A stretch of 63,418 nucleotides of DNA, counting the filler, from Choristocarpus tenellus KU-1152 (taxonomy: Eukaryota; Protista; Phaeophyceae), in assembly GCA_964200185.2 (NCBI GenBank). It is 13 parts of 13 records of this genome, joined end to end, with 100 filler letters (N's around TTAATTAATTAA, not from the genome) between each part and the next. Parts side by side here need not be neighbours in the genome. Positions count along the whole stretch, not along the records: positions 54,771 to 59,112 come from CAXNAD020015017.1; positions 59,213 to 63,418 come from CAXNAD020015708.1; 11 more parts are not named here. One strand, 5' to 3'. The notes beneath the pieces are model-generated. The model was not told the origin of the DNA, ran no database searches, and saw only the letters and a list, made by a program, of their open reading frames with translations. The translations under genes were made by a program, and so were the position numbers. The first letter of the stretch is position 1. Each line of letters begins with the position of its first letter. Of this stretch, positions 58,552 to 63,418 are shown piece after piece.

Positions 58552-59212
58552 TGCTGACCACCTGATATATTCCAATGAGAAAGACATGGAGTGCACCACC
58601 AACTTGGACAGGGTGTACAAGACATTTAAGTCTCACAGGAGGCCTGCACCCTCAGAATACCTCATTTGACTTTGCATGGGTTGTCTGGTTCAGAGATCTG
58701 GGCCCCCATGAGCGAGGCTTAGCGAGCAGGTGATAACATAGCATAAACGGGAAATAATGGAAAGAGAATGGAGAGACAACAACGCCCATGTTATCTGGGT
58801 GGTGAAGATGGTCTCTTCAAACATCAAAATCATCCTGAAATGCGCGGTTCGCGCGCGCCGCGTGGTACGTCGCGCGCGGACTACTTGATTTAAGTAAGGT
58901 CCTGTATTTCTCACCATTATTGAAAGTTCACTAACCGACACCCATCAACTAAGGTTAAACATGCTGATGATATTACAACAAACGATTCTCATGAAAAAAA
59001 TTGTTGTTGATTAAAAGTTATGGGATGAAAAAGTTGATCCAGGAGGCGACTCCCAACATTGTACGGTAGGTGCCCCGATTATGTTCACCCATGGGAATGC
59101 TCGAAAAAAGCGNNNNNNNNNNNNNNNNNNNNNNNNNNNNNNNNNNNNNNNNNNNNTTAATTAATTAANNNNNNNNNNNNNNNNNNNNNNNNNNNNNNNN
59201 NNNNNNNNNNNN

Positions 59213-59252
59213 CAAATGGAGAGCCGCTACCCACCCCCAGATACTTTGAGCC
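59213..59252 (-). mobile_element. MITE family C left end (inverted) at contig start
   Basis: Reverse complement reads GGCTCAAAGTATCTGGGGGTGGGTAGCGGCTCTCCATTTG. Confidence 0.75.
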
Positions 59253-62200
59253 ATTTGCCCTGCTCACCATGGGATAGTTATATGGTGTTTGTGGAAGTCA
59301 GTGTTCTATTGACAAGTCATGCTTGGTGAGAACATCTACAAGTTCAGAAATCTGTACTTTTCATAGTGCACCCCCTTTTCCAACCAGCATTTGATCAACC
59401 TATTTGTCACATTTCTACCATTGGTAGCCCATTGATCCTTGTCTGGACTTGCTGAATACAAGTGGATGCTACACAAAATTCGTTATTGTTGCGTTTGCAC
59501 TTGATTCTTCTTAGGTTCACACAGTAATCACAATATCAAAAACCTTATTTTCCTGTACCACATGAAATTGTCTGAAATTGTACGTATCTTTTGATAGCCT
59601 TGGACATGAATCTTCCTTCTATCAAAGAAACAGGCCGGTTGGTTGTAGGCATAGGCACTTGGATCGCACATATTAATGAGTAAATGATCTCGACCGTACA
59701 TGTGATGAGGAGTTTACTGAGGACATGAATGTATTCTAGAGTAGTTGCCCTCACCACACCTTGTACTCTCTCTCAGGGATATCCTCCATCCTTCTGGCTT
59801 ATAACACGACAAGTCCATAATCGGGCTGGCCTCGAACAGGAAAATTCCCTTCAACTCTGGTATTCAGACATTTTCTTATCCAAGTACTCCATTTATGACT
59901 TGTCCTGTCTAGTAGATAGGGGAGGATATCTGTAACTGAGTCTTCAATAATCGAGCATGTCTCAAGACTTTGCTACAGAGCCTGCAAAACCTCTGTGCTT
60001 TTCCTCGCCTCGAAGTTCTCCTTTCAGAGCATTGTTGACGGATCAGATGGGTACAGACGTTGTAGGTTGCCCTTTGCAGCTCTTCCCACGACGTGAACAG
60101 AAGTTCGAACAACTCCTGGATATTGGCGCCAATCTGTCGCGGGTCTTTTCAAACTACTCTCCTTCTGGTGATCTCGTTTCTCCCTCACCAAGATGGTAGA
60201 GTCCAGCGCGGTGTACGTATATAATTGAATAAAGTGTCTTTGTAGTGGCAAGTTCAAAGTCCCCGTTAAAGGGAGCTACATCCTCATTGATTCATTTCTT
60301 CATGATACTCACGACTCTCCTCTCTCAGCACTTAGCATTTCCAAACCCACAATCGACGAGTTTGCATAGAGATATGATGGAAATACGGGTTGTGCTGAAT
60401 CATCGTTGTAGAACAGATACATACATCGAAGAGAACAATCCAGCTATTGCTGAGGTCAAGCGAAGACGTTCTGAGGCTCAACAGTGTTGGAGATTTGGAA
60501 ACTAGAACTCGTACAGACCAAGATGAAGGGGAAATGAACCCTTATCCCTTCTTGGTGGCGTTCTATAATGTCTTAAATATCGAAGGAGGGGAATGTTCAA
60601 ATTGGTTGGTTTGCCACGTCTTTCATGTTGTGAGAATGGAAGTCAAGATACTCCACATCTTTCATATTGATGTAAGAATTTCGAATTTCAGTCAGTCAAG
60701 ATACTTCAAGTAACAACTTCAAGATAATGTATGTATGAATAGTTGAGTGAAGAAATTGCCCACCACCAGTATCTGTTCTGTTGTTTCATCATATTAAAGC
60801 ACGTACATAAAATCAGTAGAACTCTCCACACAAGATTGATAGACTAGATAGACTAAAATGAGATATAATAATATACTCTCGACTGCTTTAATTGGTTTCC
60901 TCCCCCCTGACACATCTATCTACAAAATGTCAGAGGACAGAATAGTAAAAATGTACTCTCGACTACTAAAATTCCTTGTTAAAAATACCTTTGGTTTTTG
61001 TCGAACACACCTACAAAATGTTAGAGGGTAGAAGAACATATATATGGTGTACTTCGAAGTAAAATAACACATCAGTAATAAAACAGGAAATCAATTCTAA
61101 AACACTACATTTTGCTTTCCTCACTAATTCTGGATTATTATTCATTATTATTTTTTTGCATTCCACCTATTCTACCCCCCCCCATTCTAACACCACTTGC
61201 CACCAACTAGTGTGGTTTCTCCGTCAATGACTTCCAGTCACCAGTCTAACTCGTGACCAACCAGTGTGAACCCCCTTCGTCACTGATTTCCAGTCACCAA
61301 CCATACCTCAGTCATAACTACCTTCCACTCCACCCCACCATTCAACCCCCCTCAACCCCACACCACTTTCCACTCTACCACACCATTCAACCCTACTACA
61401 CGTTCCACCACTTTTCGCTTCACCACACCACTCAACCCCACTCAACCCCACTTTCCACTCTACCACACCACTCAGCACCACTCCACAATAATCCAAGAAC
61501 ACCCCTTCATCATCCACTTCAATACCGTGCCTTTGAACTCAAAGTCATACACCCTGCCCGAACTTGACCTCCCCTCCCCAGTTCCCCAGCATCCCAGTCG
61601 GTCGTGAGCAGTCAAAAGGGTGAGTGGGTGGAAAAGATTGCTCGGTGGTTGCCTTGTTCTAAGTCCTGCTTGTCCTGTCCCACCAACCTCAAGTTTTCCG
61701 TATATTCTGATCCATCCCTTCCTACCTCATGTTTCCACCTACCACCAATTCTTTTAACTTTTCTCTTACCTATTCTGCCTCCCAGTCAAACAGTACTTAA
61801 CTCATAGTTCACCTCATTATTTTATTTTTACCCCAAACAGCACTCTATTCCCCATAGATTGTTCCTTCCAGAATTCTTCCGCCCACAAAACTCGGATTAC
61901 TTCATAAACTTCCCCATTTCTGATCCAAAGTGTACAGTTACCAGCAACTCTCAGTGCTACATATCTTATATATCTAGTCGTGTTTGATATTAATACCCCA
62001 GAATTCTTTTCCTTCTCATCCATCTTGGCCTAGATTACTGGAATTATTAATAGTCTTGCTTCCCAGACTTGATTTCTGACGTATTTAAGATCGTGCTATA
62101 TGGTTGCGGGACATTGATTCTCCGTCCAGTCCCTTTGTGAAGCATAATTTTCAACATCACAACAAGAAATACTTCCACCTATACCATATATACTACATCG

Positions 62201-63117
62201 GATTTCGCAAACAACTTGAACGGCCCCAATCACTCCCAAACACATTGTAAACTAAGATACCATTGTGAGACTGGGTGTGACAGTATCGAGGTGACTGTGC
62301 AAAAGGGGGGCTTCTGTTCGCAGGGTCTTCCAGGGTCAATTGCACAGATGATGAGATAGGGTTTTCAGGTATATTACTGATTGTGTCCACTTTTTTCTTT
62401 TATTTTTTGGGTGACATGTGATGAGTGGTGTTCTATGGATTGTATAAGCCTGGTGACACTCAAGTTCGTATTTTGGGGTGTTCGTGCATCACACCCTGGG
62501 TTCTCTTCATTACCACCGTCATAATTACACAATTTACTGAGTTTTTCTCCAAATTTTGTCTTCTGTAATCTTTTTTCATTTCCTCTATTTATATTTCTTC
62601 TTATCTCTTAACCATGGATCTCTAACCCCTCAGATTAATGCGAACAAAAAAAATGGGGAACGAGTGAGTACTTCCAATGGAATTGGTGCTTGGGGAACTT
62701 GACAGATGTGGGACACGGAAGCAAGGTGGAGTATCTGATTGTGGAATGTCTGCAAGTCGGCCTTGAGAAGTTCAGGATCACGATTGGTTGAGGAATGGGG
62801 AAGAAGGGCAGCAGACCAACACAGGTGATATTATGAATGGTTGTCTGGTTAATATCAAAACAGCTTTATGGACATAGGTAACATGGTAGAGTGCCCATGA
62901 TTATCGATAGCTGAAACACGTTATGCTATAGCAGCACCTATGGAAGCCCAGGAAATTCGAGGTCCATATATGAGCACTCACTGCCGCCTGCTGGGTGCTG
63001 CTCTATCATAGTTGTCTCTTTTGTTTTCGAGTTGATTGCCCTTTGTTCCTCCTTCCTTTCTTTGTGTGGTATGTGATGGGTGGTGTTCAGATTGCATTTT
63101 ACCCTTTGTGAGACTGA

Positions 63118-63220
63118 CAGTGAAAGTATCTCAGAGGGTACGAGTTGTGACCTGTTTGTCCACTTAGGGCTTGGCTTCCCACGTTTTAAAAATGACTTTT
63201 TACCTACTCCGAAACGTTTA
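63118..63220 (+). mobile_element. MITE family A, truncated left part
   Basis: CAGTGAAAGTATCTCAGAGGGTACGAG...GGCTTGGCTTCCCACG. Confidence 0.8.
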
Positions 63221-63418
63221 ATTGCATCATGCCTAGGTTTCTCTTGACTGTCCTTCTCCTCTCACCTACATACACCTGTGTTGTCTCTTCCTTTTCTTCT
63301 CAATAACATTATATACTTGAGTATACACAAGTGTTTTGTTACTCCTTTAAAAACAGCCGATTTCAAAAATTGAGGATGGAGCTTTTCATTGAGGATGGGC
63401 TTGACCCAAAATTGACTG

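Noticed and set aside
59400-62400. Protein-like fragments in the last contig
   Set aside because: They contain many stops and no motif I can name, so they are left unannotated.

Overview
This window is eukaryotic, AT-rich, repeat-dense DNA, most likely from a brown alga or a close stramenopile relative (inferred from gene content, intron style and TTAGGG tracts). It is not one locus: about 13 unrelated contigs are joined by artificial N44-TTAATTAATTAA-N44 linkers, so adjacency across linkers means nothing. Spliced genes read exon by exon: an auxin-efflux-carrier/PILS-like transporter (12.6-17.8 kb, +), the C-terminal part of RFC1 (19.3-23.9 kb, +), a poly(A) polymerase (-) head-to-head with an ABC1/AarF kinase (+) at 36.1-39.1 kb, a PH-BEACH-WD40 gene (11 exons, 45.4-51.6 kb, -), and a GDPH/VWD-like gene carrying one in-frame TAG. 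The most striking accessory system is a set of three related MITE families (about 18 full or partial copies). They share GRG...CYC termini, an AAAGTATCT TIR core and a subterminal GTCC(A/G)TTT motif. They show 3- or 4-bp TSDs and inter-family chimeras, and a candidate partner Sola2-like transposase pseudogene lies at 41.8-44.0 kb. Also notable is a CCA-ended 3' half of tRNA-Ser next to a putative LTR end, which looks like a greatly extended primer-binding site.
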